Shown here in pieces: positions 21,956 through 32,170 of a DNA stretch of 63,703 nt (the first letter of the stretch is position 1; the number at the start of each line of letters is the position of its first letter). The notes beneath the pieces were generated by a model. It was not told where the DNA came from. It saw only the letters and a program-made list of their open reading frames with translations, and did not search any database. Where the stretch lies: NCBI GenBank assembly GCA_964443275.1, contig CAYUCE010000003.1, positions 1 to 63,703 of the forward strand. The letters are read 5' to 3'. This DNA comes from an uncultured Thermotogae bacterium (GTDB taxonomy: Bacteria; Bipolaricaulota; Bipolaricaulia; CAYUCE01). The position numbers and the translations under genes were made by a program.

Positions 21956-22170
21956 ATAACGGGGCCAACCTTTATTGAAGTGTACCCCACTGGTCAAGAA
22001 AAATCCCACCGTCTTTAATCACTATTATTATCATCATAAATCACCTGTTTTGGTGATATTCACATTCTCATGTTTGCTTTATCATTGGCATAGTGAAGCA
22101 TAATTTTAGTATGGAAAGTGACCTTTCAAAATTAGTGCCTGTATTCGGTGGAATTTAAAATAGTGATTAG

Positions 22171-23442
22171 ATGAAATTAAATATACCATTTAAAATGCTT
22201 GCCGCAATTTCTTCTAAGGCCTTACTGGCAGCTATCATTTTATCAAAAACCCAGGTGGGTAGCCCCTTGAGCTGGACGGGAAGGGCTAGTCAATATTTAG
22301 GGATGATATATTTAATTCCTGCCTTGCTGAGTCTTCGAAATAGGAGTTTTAATGTAGAAGAAAGCTTGACCAGCTTTTTCCAAGCTTCGGAAGTAAGGTA
22401 TAGAGATCTTATTGAGACCTCTAGCGATGCCATAATTTCTGCCGATCAAGAGGGAAATATATTGATGTGCAACTGGGCAGCGGAAGAGATGTTTGGTTAT
22501 CAAAGGGACGAGATAGTGGGAAAATCAGTTCTAGAGACCATTTTCCCTTCAAAAAAAGTTGCTGACAAGGATGGAAATTTGAGGGAGCTTCTCCAAAAAG
22601 AGAGTGGGATAACCGCTGATACAATACAAAAATTAAGTGCTCAGAAAAAGGACGGGGCTACCTTTCCGGTGACCATTTCTATCTCCCCTACTAAAATTGG
22701 TGATGGTTGGGGTAGCATATGGGTGGTAAGGGATATTAGCGAACAGGTAGAATTAAACGAGCTGACCCAGAGACTGTGGAGAAAGCAAGAAATGGAGAGA
22801 AAAGACGTGGCCCAAGCTCTTCACCATCAATTGGTACAGGATTTGAACGCCTTAACCCTTGGTTTAGCAAATGTCAAACAGGAAATTCCCGATCAAATGC
22901 CTGCTTCAATCAACCGAAAATTGGAATACATAGCTTCTATTGTAAATCGGGTTGAAGAACAAATTAAAGGCTTAACCTGGGGGCTTAGACCCCCGATGTT
23001 GGATGAGTTAGGATTAGTGCCCACCCTGAAATCGTACTTTAAGTACTTTGAGAGCAAAAATGATATTGATATTCATCTGGAGGCTGGAGATTTTCCGGCT
23101 GGGCTGAATCCAGAAATAGGGGTTACTCTATATAGAGTGATTCAAGAAGCCTTAGCAAACTCAGTCGACCACGGGAAAGCTAAAAAAGCCACCGTTACAC
23201 TCCAGAGAAGGGATAAAAATATTTTTCTCACTATTCAAGATAATGGAGTAGGATTTGAACTTAGAGAACTTCAAAAAAAGAAAGATACCAAAAGCAAAGT
23301 TGGGATTTTAAATATGCGAAAAAGGGTAGAAGCCTTTAATGGTGACTTTAAAATCCATGGTAAGCCTGATAAAGGAACAAAGATTAAAATAAAAATCCCT
23401 CTCAAAGAAGCACTTAACCTAGATGAAGAGGGGAATCGGTAA
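22171..23442 (+). CDS. second sensor histidine kinase (PAS, HisKA_3, HATPase_c), no adjacent regulator
   Basis: PAS (SDAIISADQEGNILMCN), HisKA_3 H-box (VAQALHHQLVQDL), QEALANSVDHG, DNGVGF. Confidence 0.88.
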   Translation: MKLNIPFKMLAAISSKALLAAIILSKTQVGSPLSWTGRASQYLGMIYLIPALLSLRNRSFNVEESLTSFFQASEVRYRDLIETSSDAIISADQEGNILMCNWAAEEMFGYQRDEIVGKSVLETIFPSKKVADKDGNLRELLQKESGITADTIQKLSAQKKDGATFPVTISISPTKIGDGWGSIWVVRDISEQVELNELTQRLWRKQEMERKDVAQALHHQLVQDLNALTLGLANVKQEIPDQMPASINRKLEYIASIVNRVEEQIKGLTWGLRPPMLDELGLVPTLKSYFKYFESKNDIDIHLEAGDFPAGLNPEIGVTLYRVIQEALANSVDHGKAKKATVTLQRRDKNIFLTIQDNGVGFELRELQKKKDTKSKVGILNMRKRVEAFNGDFKIHGKPDKGTKIKIKIPLKEALNLDEEGNR

Positions 23443-23637
23443 AACCTTCTTTTCATAGCTGTCAACTAGCTTCTGTCTAACTTCGAAATAAAAAATACCA
23501 ATTATCATTCCGGTAATTCACCAATTATAACTATTCAAATAAATTGTCCAATGGGTTATTTTTATTTTGATGAGAGTTATCAAAAAAATGAGGAGAAAAA
23601 GATAATCAAATAACTGTGCTAAGATAAGGAGGGGGAA

Positions 23638-24378
23638 ATGGCAACAACTCTGGCCTCACAAGATACGGTTAGTAAATTAGCATCAATACTGAATCAGTTA
23701 AAATTAGGAAATAAAGATACCTGCATAAAAAGGAAGGTGGCCGATTATTTAGAACACATCACCGAGGAGGAGCTTTCGTGGGTAATAGATGAACTTGTAC
23801 ATAATGGACTGGGTCTGTCTAGCTTACAGAGATTTTGTGATATACACTCGGAACTCACTGCTTCTGCCCATCGAGTGGAGGGGGTAGAACTACAAAAAGA
23901 TCATCCATTGGAGACTTTCCTCGAGGAACATGAAAAGATTCTGGACCAGTTAGATCTTTTAGCATTGATTTCAGAGCAAATTAGCCAAGCTGACAGTTAT
24001 CAAGAAGCACGAGAAGAAATGGAAAGAATTGGAGAAGTTGTAAATCACCTACTAGAAATAGGAAAGCACTTTGCCCGAGAGGAATTAATTCTCTTTCCCC
24101 GATTCCTAAAGGCTGATTTGCCTGATCCATCGCCAATCCTAGAATTTGAACATGAAAGGGCTAGGAAATTTATAGAGCGTTTGGTTGATTTAACGCAGGA
24201 AGCTTTTGGTATAAACTTTCCAGTTTTTTCGAAATTATTACTTAAGTTATCCGATCAATTGATAACTTTACTGAAAAGGCATATATATAGTGAAAACAGC
24301 ATATTTTACCCGCTGGCCGCAGTTGCGGTGCCAACTGGCAATTGGGAGGAAGTGAAAAGGTTACGGGGAAGCTCCTAG
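23638..24378 (+). CDS. DUF438 plus hemerythrin-like (HHE cation-binding) domain protein
   Basis: N-terminus resembles DUF438 (LQRFCDIHSEL); the following helices carry H/E pairs (HPLETFLEEHEKI, FEHERA) typical of hemerythrin-like domains. Confidence 0.75.
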   Translation: MATTLASQDTVSKLASILNQLKLGNKDTCIKRKVADYLEHITEEELSWVIDELVHNGLGLSSLQRFCDIHSELTASAHRVEGVELQKDHPLETFLEEHEKILDQLDLLALISEQISQADSYQEAREEMERIGEVVNHLLEIGKHFAREELILFPRFLKADLPDPSPILEFEHERARKFIERLVDLTQEAFGINFPVFSKLLLKLSDQLITLLKRHIYSENSIFYPLAAVAVPTGNWEEVKRLRGSS

Positions 24379-24460
24379 AACCTCCGAACTTTCTGCCGCC
24401 ATCTTGCATGAAGAGACAGAGCATGAAGCTTGGTTTGAGGAGCTTCTTACCGGAATTTAA
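24356..24460 (+). pseudogene. C-terminal relic of a ferritin-like/bacterioferritin-like gene
   Basis: Short frame reads ...ELSAAILHEETEHEAWFEELLTGI*. Compare the C-terminus ILDEEIEHEDTFENLLKE of the intact ferritin-like gene at 32968-33456. Confidence 0.4.
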
Positions 24461-24612
24461 AAAATCACCTATTTTGCTGATTGAGGTTTTCCACTATCAG
24501 CCATATATTTAAATTACACTGTGAAAGAGAAAAGAGGGTGTAATTTATAAAGTTTAGTAATTCTCATACTGATAATCTAAATAAAAGCATAGTCCAAGAG
24601 AGGTGATAGCAG

Positions 24613-24813
24613 ATGACTAACTCTGAGTTCGCTCAGTTAAAAGTTGGAGACAAACTTAAGATAAGTCCCGATTTTCTAAAGCAAAAAGTCGGTTCTGAAA
24701 CTAATTTTAAGGTAAAGAAGGTTGACAAGAGTGGATTGTATATCGATAACGGCTCCACCTCCCTTCGTATAGATCCACATGATAGGTGGTTTATAGAAAA
24801 ACCCAATGGCTAA
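24613..24813 (+). CDS. hypothetical small protein
   Basis: 66 aa ORF with GAGAGGTGA SD; no recognisable family. Confidence 0.35.
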   Translation: MTNSEFAQLKVGDKLKISPDFLKQKVGSETNFKVKKVDKSGLYIDNGSTSLRIDPHDRWFIEKPNG

Positions 24814-25071
24814 GTTTGCGGTATCGCTAACTAAAAGTAGGGGAGGGGGATGGAAAAATATGCAAATCATGCCCATTCTCCTCTCTATTCTGGGACATCC
24901 GATAAGGGTTCGGCGAGTCGGTAAGAAGTGTTTGCATTGGAAGTAAACTTTCAAATTATATCCTACAGCATGGATGGCGATATCTATCGGATGACTGAGA
25001 TTGCTAGAAGATTAAAAATCGGTAAGATGGAAGATACTTAAAATAATTAAAGCCTTTATCCGGAGGTGTGT

Positions 25072-25593
25072 ATGATGCTAGAAGGCAAAAAAGTTGTTTT
25101 GTTAGTTGATCAGGGATATGAGGATCTGGAATGCTGGTATCCAAAAATTAGACTAGAAGAGGAGGGGGCTAAAGTTACGGTTTGCAGTAAGAAGGAGGGC
25201 ACCTATCAAAGTAAACATGGTTACCCTATCGAGGTGGAGAAGAAGGCTTCGGATTTGAATCCGGATGATTATGACGGGGTAATAATTCCCGGAGGAAGAG
25301 GCTCTCCGGATAGATTGAGAACTTCCCAAGCTGTCACCGATTTTGTAAAAGAGATAGATGAACAAGGTAAAGTAGTTGCCGCTATATGCCATGCCGGATG
25401 GGTGCCCATTTCCGCTGGGATAATAGAAGGTAGGTCCATGACCTGTTATCACTCCATTAAGGATGATGTTATAAATGCGGGAGCGGACTACAAAGACCAA
25501 TCGGTAGTAGTGGACGGGAACCTGATCTCTTCTCGCCATCCCGGAGATCTTCCCGATTTTTGTCGAGTCATAATCGATAAACTTTCTTCATAG
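25072..25593 (+). CDS. DJ-1/PfpI family intracellular protease/deglycase
   Basis: AAICHAGW nucleophile-elbow motif, GYEDLE, IIPGGRG. Confidence 0.9.
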   Translation: MMLEGKKVVLLVDQGYEDLECWYPKIRLEEEGAKVTVCSKKEGTYQSKHGYPIEVEKKASDLNPDDYDGVIIPGGRGSPDRLRTSQAVTDFVKEIDEQGKVVAAICHAGWVPISAGIIEGRSMTCYHSIKDDVINAGADYKDQSVVVDGNLISSRHPGDLPDFCRVIIDKLSS

Positions 25594-25673
25594 CTTGAGG
25601 TAAATAAGGTAAGCAACAGAAATTTGGTATATTTACCAAAGACATTTTGATACTTTTGAGAGGAGGTTTAATT

Positions 25674-26102
25674 ATGCCTATAAGAAAAGCATCTGCAGTA
25701 TGGAGTGGAGCACTCAAAGGTGGTAAGGGGTCGGTTAAATTAGGTAGTGGTGCTTTTGAAGGAGTCTATTCTTTTGCTTCTCGATTTGAAGAAGGTGAAG
25801 GTACAAACCCGGAAGAACTAATCGGTGCCGCCCATGCGGGTTGTTTCTCTATGGCTTTGGCCCACGAATTGGCTGAAGCCGGCTATTCTCCTAAGCGGGT
25901 GGCAACCGAAGCCAAAGTTAATTTGGTCAAAACTGACGGCGGCTTTGAAATCTCGGGAGTTACCTTGGAAACAGAAGCCGAGGTTGGGGGAATAGAAAAA
26001 GAAACCTTTCTTAAACAGGCCGAAAGTGCCAAGAATAATTGTCCGGTCTCCAAGGCCCTGGCGGGAGTGGAAATTAGCTTACAAGCCAAGTTAATTGATT
26101 AA
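25674..26102 (+). CDS. osmC: OsmC family peroxiredoxin
   Basis: NPEELIGAAHAGCFSMAL and NCPVSKAL motifs holding the two conserved Cys. GAGAGGAGG SD before the ATG at 25674. Confidence 0.9.
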   Translation: MPIRKASAVWSGALKGGKGSVKLGSGAFEGVYSFASRFEEGEGTNPEELIGAAHAGCFSMALAHELAEAGYSPKRVATEAKVNLVKTDGGFEISGVTLETEAEVGGIEKETFLKQAESAKNNCPVSKALAGVEISLQAKLID

Positions 26103-26171
26103 AGCTGGTGGGTACTTACTGAAGAAGGAAGGTAACTAAATAGCGAGAGCATATTTAAAAAGAGGAGTGAT

Positions 26172-27380
26172 ATGAAAATGCCGAAAGAAACATTAGAGAT
26201 TCTTCCCGGGCTACACTGGGTGGGAGTAAAAGACTGGGATCGACGGATGTTCGATCGACTGATACCTTTACCCAAGGGCACCTCTTACAACGCCTATCTT
26301 ATCCAAGGGGAAGGGTCAACAACTCTTATTGACAGCGTTAACCCTGGTTTTGAGGATGATCTGGAAAAAAAGATTAGCCAACTCACAAACATTAAAGAAA
26401 TAGATTATATAGTGATGAACCATGCGGAGCCCGATCATGCACACGCAATTCCTTATTTGCTTTCGAGGTGTGGGAGGGCGAAAGTTTTGACTTCCAAAAT
26501 GGGCAAAAAGATGGCCATCTCTCAGCATCATATTCCAGAAGATCGTATACAAATAGTTTCGGATCAAGAAACAATAGACCTAGGTGGGAAAACTTTGAGA
26601 TTTATTGACGCTCCCTGGCTTCACTGGCCGGAGACCATGTTTACCTTCTACCAAGAAAGGGGAATTCTTTTTCCTTGTGATTTTTTCGGCTGCCATTTGG
26701 CCACTAGCAAGTTCTTCGATCAGGAAATCGGGGAACAATTAGCAAACTATGCCAAGAGCTATTTTGGAGAAATTATGATGCCCTTTAGAAAAAGAGCTAG
26801 AAGAGCTTTGGATAAGCTGGATGAATTAGAATCCTCAGTTGGCAAACTCAAGATGATAGCTCCCAGCCACGGTCCCATATATAAGAATCCCTCTATCATT
26901 ATAAACTTATACCGCAAATGGACAGATGGTCAGGTGGAGAAAAAAGTGCTAATTCCTTATGTTTCTATGTGGGGAAGTACCGAAAGGATGGCTAAAGTGT
27001 TAATAGAGACCATCGCCACCCAGGGTGTAGAAGTGATCCCTTTTAACTTATCCACTGGAGACTTGGGTGATTTAGCTGCTGAGTTAGTGGATAGCGCAGG
27101 GATAATCTTAGGCACTCCTACTATGTTAGGAGGGGCACATCCGCTAATTCATAATATCGCTTATGTAGCCAAGAAACTTAATCCTCCTGTTCGTTACTTT
27201 GGTATAATAGAATCTCACGGCTGGGCTCCTACCGCGGTAAAGCAACTTACAGGTATGCTCGAAGATTTGGATGCAGAGTTAGTAGGAGCGGTAGAGATCC
27301 TCGGGTCTCCTACGGAAGATGATTTAAGCGAAGTAGTTGAATTTGGAAAGAAATTTGCAGAAAAAATTAGCGCACTCTAG
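26172..27380 (+). CDS. fprA: flavodiiron protein (FprA, A-type flavoprotein)
   Basis: N-terminal MBL-like di-iron domain (MNHAEPDHA) fused to a C-terminal flavodoxin domain (YVSMWGSTE). Confidence 0.92.
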   Translation: MKMPKETLEILPGLHWVGVKDWDRRMFDRLIPLPKGTSYNAYLIQGEGSTTLIDSVNPGFEDDLEKKISQLTNIKEIDYIVMNHAEPDHAHAIPYLLSRCGRAKVLTSKMGKKMAISQHHIPEDRIQIVSDQETIDLGGKTLRFIDAPWLHWPETMFTFYQERGILFPCDFFGCHLATSKFFDQEIGEQLANYAKSYFGEIMMPFRKRARRALDKLDELESSVGKLKMIAPSHGPIYKNPSIIINLYRKWTDGQVEKKVLIPYVSMWGSTERMAKVLIETIATQGVEVIPFNLSTGDLGDLAAELVDSAGIILGTPTMLGGAHPLIHNIAYVAKKLNPPVRYFGIIESHGWAPTAVKQLTGMLEDLDAELVGAVEILGSPTEDDLSEVVEFGKKFAEKISAL

Positions 27381-27473
27381 GTTGAGACCCTAGTTAAAAG
27401 ACACTTACTACCATAGGATTAATATCCTCACAGGTGATCAGTAAATCGGATGAGGGAAGCCCAACCCCCTAAT

Positions 27474-27803
27474 TTATTCACCCGATTCCATGGGGTATCC
27501 GGCTTTTTGCCAATCAGCCTTCCCCTCCACGTAGTCCAAAATATTCTTAAAGCCCATTGTCTTCAGCTTTTTGGCTGCTTTTGGGCTAGCTTGACACTCC
27601 TTATCGGCGCAGTAGACTACGATTTCTTGCTCTGGATCAAAGCGCTTTTTTGCCCGGTGGCCAATTTTTTCCAGAGGAATGTTTATCGCTCCCTTGATAT
27701 GGGCTTTCTTGTAAGCATCTGGTCCCAGAACTTCGATTAATACAAAATCGTCTCCCCGATCCATCTTTTTCTTAAGCTCTGTGCGATCGATTGATTTAGC
27801 CAT
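27474..27803 (-). CDS. single-domain rhodanese-like protein
   Basis: 109 aa; active-site loop context VVYCADKECQAS. Confidence 0.85.
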   Translation of the reverse strand: MAKSIDRTELKKKMDRGDDFVLIEVLGPDAYKKAHIKGAINIPLEKIGHRAKKRFDPEQEIVVYCADKECQASPKAAKKLKTMGFKNILDYVEGKADWQKAGYPMESGE

Positions 27804-27843
27804 TAATAAATATCCTATTTTAATTTCATGTGCCTGGATAAGT

Positions 27844-28179
27844 TTACTTCCTAATTTGATCTATCTTGGCGGCCATTATGAAGTCATTTTCATGAAGCCC
27901 GTCAATGGCGTGAGTGTATAGTTCCAATGTGACTTGGTTATAGTAAATGTGGATATTCGGGTGGTGGCCTTCGTTTTGGGCAACTTCAGCTACCTGGTTT
28001 ACAAAATCCATAGCCTCCTTGAAACCATTAAACTCAAACTTTCGCTTGATTTGATAGGTTCCATCTTCAACCAGCTCCCATTGAGGCACTTCTTCCATAT
28101 ATTCTTGAGCTTTCTGTTTAGTTAACGGGGGAATCCCACCTTCGCACGGAACACATTTCTTCTGGGATAGTTCGCTCAA
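27844..28179 (-). CDS. pterin-4-alpha-carbinolamine dehydratase (PCD/DCoH family)
   Basis: KCVPCEGG...L, EGHHPNI and THAI.GL..NDF motifs. The internal TTG at 28179 is preceded by GGAAGGAGGG. Confidence 0.85.
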   Translation of the reverse strand: MSELSQKKCVPCEGGIPPLTKQKAQEYMEEVPQWELVEDGTYQIKRKFEFNGFKEAMDFVNQVAEVAQNEGHHPNIHIYYNQVTLELYTHAIDGLHENDFIMAAKIDQIRK

Positions 28180-28353
28180 AGCTTCCCTCCTTCCCAAATT
28201 GGGATATACTTTTATTTGTGGGCAATTCCTCTTATCTTTCCGGATGTAAATATCGCAATCCCGACGCGGGTCAATGACCACCGCCTCGTTTTTATCGCCT
28301 ATTAAATAAGAATAATGAGCAAGTCCTTTCGATTCGATACGTTCAAATAGCAT
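28180..28353 (-). pseudogene. 5' relic of an MBL-fold (rhodanese-associated, persulfide-dioxygenase-like) gene, in frame with the PCD gene
   Basis: The first ~37 codons ([37 protein letters not shown]) match the N-termini of MBL-fold hydrolases. The metal-binding HxHxDH region is absent. The relic keeps its own AAAGGAGGGG SD. Confidence 0.55.
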
Positions 28354-28418
28354 GTCCCCTCCTTTATCTAATGATAAGAGCTCAAAAATAACCCGGTACT
28401 TTTTTTTGAAAATACAAT

Positions 28419-29291
28419 CTAACGCGGTTTCTTACCGGTAACGGTTGGATTGTCCGGATGAGAACTCCATTCGGTAAACGAACCTTCATAGATTTTAACC
28501 TTCGGATAGCCCAGATACCATTTGAAAAGTATGAATTCGTTAGTTGCTTCTCGACCGGTTCCACAAGAGCAAATAATGGTCTTATCCTGGGTAATATTGT
28601 GTTTATTTAAGATGTCCTCAATTTCAGGGTCCGATTTAAGCAGGCGTTTGTTATCACCGTCCATTAAACTGGCCCAAGGAAGGTTAACTGCACCCGGGAT
28701 GTGACCCGGCTTCATCCAGGGACCTTGACCTTCATAAACTTTGGGTGGACGGGCATCAAGTAAGATGACTTCATCCTGATCTTTTATCTGGTTGAACTTT
28801 TCATATTGGACGAAGTAACCGTTCTGTATCTCCACCGAGAAATTGGAACTTTCTATTTGAGGAAACTCCTTGGTAAGTGGCTTGTTCTCCTTTTTCCATT
28901 TATCCAATCCCCCATCCAGAACGTATATATTGTGATGTCCAAAGCGAGCCAAGGTGTAGGCTACCATGGTTTGCTCTAAACCGTCTCCCCAGCCCTTGAA
29001 GGCCCCCGTACCGGTATATAAAGCTACCGGCACCTCCGGTTTTAGACCTACCCGACTAAAAACAGCCTCAATCGATTGGGAAGGTACATATTGGGCAGGC
29101 AGCCCTTTTTGTGGAACCCTAAGTAAACCTTCGTTTAGGTATACAGCCCCCGGTATATGTTCAGCAATGTAATCGTGGACATTGGGCTGTGAATCGAGGA
29201 TCATCAAATTTTCTTCATTAAGATGTTCTTCCAACCAATCTGTGGACACCCACTTTACTTTTCCCTCTCCGTAAGGATATTTCTTGTTCAT
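28419..29291 (-). CDS. two-domain thiosulfate/3-mercaptopyruvate sulfurtransferase (rhodanese)
   Basis: Tandem rhodanese domains; catalytic loop [10 protein letters not shown] in the C-terminal domain. Confidence 0.88.
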   Translation of the reverse strand: MNKKYPYGEGKVKWVSTDWLEEHLNEENLMILDSQPNVHDYIAEHIPGAVYLNEGLLRVPQKGLPAQYVPSQSIEAVFSRVGLKPEVPVALYTGTGAFKGWGDGLEQTMVAYTLARFGHHNIYVLDGGLDKWKKENKPLTKEFPQIESSNFSVEIQNGYFVQYEKFNQIKDQDEVILLDARPPKVYEGQGPWMKPGHIPGAVNLPWASLMDGDNKRLLKSDPEIEDILNKHNITQDKTIICSCGTGREATNEFILFKWYLGYPKVKIYEGSFTEWSSHPDNPTVTGKKPR

Positions 29292-29461
29292 TTTATTCCC
29301 CCTTTATAGAGATTTTGATATTGTAACTACCTTTTGATAGCAAATAGTAACAAGATAGTCGTTTTTTGCGTAGACAAATTTGCCCGCTGCTCACAGTGGA
29401 AAAATCATATAACGAGATTTTCTTTTTACTTAGGTCTGTAGCTGATTTTTTAGTTTAACCA

Positions 29462-30346
29462 CTACATAAAAGTTTCCTTTAAGGCTTTAAAATCTATACC
29501 CTCCCATTTCCTCCTATCTATTTCCTTCTTTACTATAGGGCCATTCTTAAGTGCTGGGACCTGCTCTTCGTAGGTCGGCCTTTTGATCTGGTAAATAACC
29601 CCGATTGGGATTCTTTCCCCCCATTCTTTCCCTTTTTCATAGGCGGCAGTTTCATCGGAGAAATCATAATCCTCCTGACCTAATTTATACACCCTCTCAT
29701 TATAAAATTGGTAGGAAAATTCAGGGTTATAAGTCACACAAGGTTGAAATACGTCAACTAAGGAATACCCCTTATGCTCAATTGCTTTGACGAATATTTG
29801 GGTAAGATGAGGAACATCTCCAGAGTAAGCTCTGGCAATAAAGGTTGCTCCACAGGACAAAGCTACCGTTATTGGATTAAGAGGCGGTTCGATGGTTCCG
29901 GTCGGCGAAGTGGTGGTAATGAACCCTTTGCTGCTGGTGGGTGAATACTGACCTTTGGTTAGCCCATATACCCGGTTGTTCTCTACAATATGCGTAATAT
30001 CTATATTTCTCCGGCAGGCATGAATAAAATGATTTCCGCCAATTCCGTAGCTGTCACCATCCCCAGCAGTCACCATAATGTTCAAATCTGGGTTGGCGAG
30101 TTTGGCTCCGGTTGCCGCTGCCACCGGACGGCCATGAATAGTATGCATCCCGTTTATATTCATGTAATGAGGTAGTTTACTGCCACAACCTATTCCGGTA
30201 AATATGACTGATTTAGAAGGCTTAAGACCCAACTTCACTAGGGCCTGCTTTACAGAACCCAAAATAGCAAAGTCCCCACATCCCGGACACCACGTTGGGG
30301 ATACCGGATACTGATAATCGGCAATGGATACTTCTTTATCTGACAT
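29462..30346 (-). CDS. korB: 2-oxoacid:ferredoxin oxidoreductase, beta subunit (TPP-binding)
   Basis: WCPGCGDF N-terminus and GDGD..GIGGNH TPP motif. Confidence 0.92.
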   Translation of the reverse strand: MSDKEVSIADYQYPVSPTWCPGCGDFAILGSVKQALVKLGLKPSKSVIFTGIGCGSKLPHYMNINGMHTIHGRPVAAATGAKLANPDLNIMVTAGDGDSYGIGGNHFIHACRRNIDITHIVENNRVYGLTKGQYSPTSSKGFITTTSPTGTIEPPLNPITVALSCGATFIARAYSGDVPHLTQIFVKAIEHKGYSLVDVFQPCVTYNPEFSYQFYNERVYKLGQEDYDFSDETAAYEKGKEWGERIPIGVIYQIKRPTYEEQVPALKNGPIVKKEIDRRKWEGIDFKALKETFM

Positions 30347-30347
30347 C

Positions 30348-32102
30348 TTAATTTACCCCCTCAAGATTTTCGAGATTTTCTAAGATATAGTTCGGGCTTA
30401 GAGGCCGGCCATCGTATTTAGAAATCATGTAATCTACCTGTTTGCCAGTACGTTGTCTTATCAATTGTGCTAGCTGGCCAGTGGCATTACCTTCTATCAT
30501 AACTGTATTTTTTGCGTTTTCGATTATCTGGGCTACCCGTTCCTCAGGAAGAGGCCAAGCTTGCGGGAAATGATAGTGGTTGGCTGACTTTCCATTGTCA
30601 TTTAGCGAATCTGCAGCCTCTCGTATGGCTCCATAAGAGGAACCCCAACCTAAGAAGGTTATTTCTGCATTTTCCGGGCCGTAAAGCTTCGGTTTTATGG
30701 CTTCTTTGCGGGCACCTTTCAGCTTCTTCAATCTTTTCTGGACCATCTTGCTTCTTATTACCGGATCCTCGGTTATCTCCCCCTTTTCGTTGTGTTCATT
30801 ACCAGTAGTTTTGTACACTGCCTTTTGGTGTCCAGGCACCGCCCGAGGTGAAATGCCGGAATCGGTAAACTGATGCCTTTTGTACTCCCCCTCAAGGGTG
30901 TCCAAATCTTCTTCGGTAAGAAACTCACCCCGGTCGATGGCCGCTCCTTCCATGTCAATATCTCCCGGATCAACCACTCTAACCGAGTTAGCTAGATGCT
31001 GGTCAGCTAACACTATGACCGGGGTCTGATATTTTTCAGCCAGGTTAAAAGCTTCGACCCCGGCCCGGAAATATTCCTCCGGAGTTCCCGGAGTTAGCAC
31101 TATCCGTGGGAATTCTCCTTGAGAGGCATAAATTACAAATAGCAAATCACCCTGTTCTGTCCGGGTGGGAAGACCTGTGCTAGGCCCCGGTCTTTGTACT
31201 TCAGCTATTACTATCGGTGTCTCGGTCATCCCGGCCAGACCTAGAGCCTCTACCATCAAGGAGAATCCTCCTCCAGAGGTAGAACACATGGACCTAGCTC
31301 CGACAAAAGAAGCTCCTATAGCCATACAAACGGCAGCCAGCTCACTTTCCGTCTGCTTGTTAATTATTCCATATTCCTTGGCATAGCTACTTAACCCTTC
31401 GAAAATTGAAGTTGAAGGGGTCATGGGGTAAGCGGAGATAAAATTGCAGCCAGAAGAAATTGCCCCCAATACAAAAGCCTGATTGCCATCCAATACCATA
31501 CGCCTGGGGGCGTCTTTAACCGGTTTTAGATTATACTCAAATTTAGTGTCCAGGGTCTGAGCATACTCATAACCCGCCTTGGCCACCTGTAAATTATTTT
31601 TTACTACCTGATCGCCTTTTACCTTAAAATTCTCTTCGATTATCTCACCGATATAGTCAAGATCAAAATTGGTAAGACCGGCCGCCACCCCGATGCTTGC
31701 CGTATTAGCCATAACCTTGGCTCCACCTTCTTCTTTTGCAATTTTTGTTAAAGGCACGGGAAAGGGTATAATATCACGATTTTCTAGCTTGTCCTGATCA
31801 TAACCGAAATCCTCATCATATATTATTCCTCCCCCTTCTACTAAATCATCCAAGTGATGGTCGATAGAATCGGGAGTCAAAGCAATTAATAGATCCGCTT
31901 CTCCAAGGTGGGTGTAAATCTGTTCGTCTTTTATCCTGATTTCAAAGAAATTATGACCTCCCCTAATCTGAGAACGATAATCCTCTCTTCCAAACATAAA
32001 CAGGCCGCTTCGCCCTAAAGCTTTACAGAGTCCCAGGCCGGTTGACTGTATACCTTGCCCCGCATCTCCTCCCAGTATTAAGGTCATATCATTTGTTTTC
32101 AT
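30348..32102 (-). CDS. korA: 2-oxoacid:ferredoxin oxidoreductase, alpha subunit (fused gamma-alpha)
   Basis: 584 aa; N-terminal gamma-like domain (GGDAGQGIQS) followed by the alpha (pyrimidine-binding) domain. Adjacent to korB. Confidence 0.92.
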   Translation of the reverse strand: MKTNDMTLILGGDAGQGIQSTGLGLCKALGRSGLFMFGREDYRSQIRGGHNFFEIRIKDEQIYTHLGEADLLIALTPDSIDHHLDDLVEGGGIIYDEDFGYDQDKLENRDIIPFPVPLTKIAKEEGGAKVMANTASIGVAAGLTNFDLDYIGEIIEENFKVKGDQVVKNNLQVAKAGYEYAQTLDTKFEYNLKPVKDAPRRMVLDGNQAFVLGAISSGCNFISAYPMTPSTSIFEGLSSYAKEYGIINKQTESELAAVCMAIGASFVGARSMCSTSGGGFSLMVEALGLAGMTETPIVIAEVQRPGPSTGLPTRTEQGDLLFVIYASQGEFPRIVLTPGTPEEYFRAGVEAFNLAEKYQTPVIVLADQHLANSVRVVDPGDIDMEGAAIDRGEFLTEEDLDTLEGEYKRHQFTDSGISPRAVPGHQKAVYKTTGNEHNEKGEITEDPVIRSKMVQKRLKKLKGARKEAIKPKLYGPENAEITFLGWGSSYGAIREAADSLNDNGKSANHYHFPQAWPLPEERVAQIIENAKNTVMIEGNATGQLAQLIRQRTGKQVDYMISKYDGRPLSPNYILENLENLEGVN

Positions 32103-32170
32103 ATAAACCCCTTTTTCACATATTTTTTAAAAATAGAATATCGAGCGATATAAATAAATTACCGGTGAAT

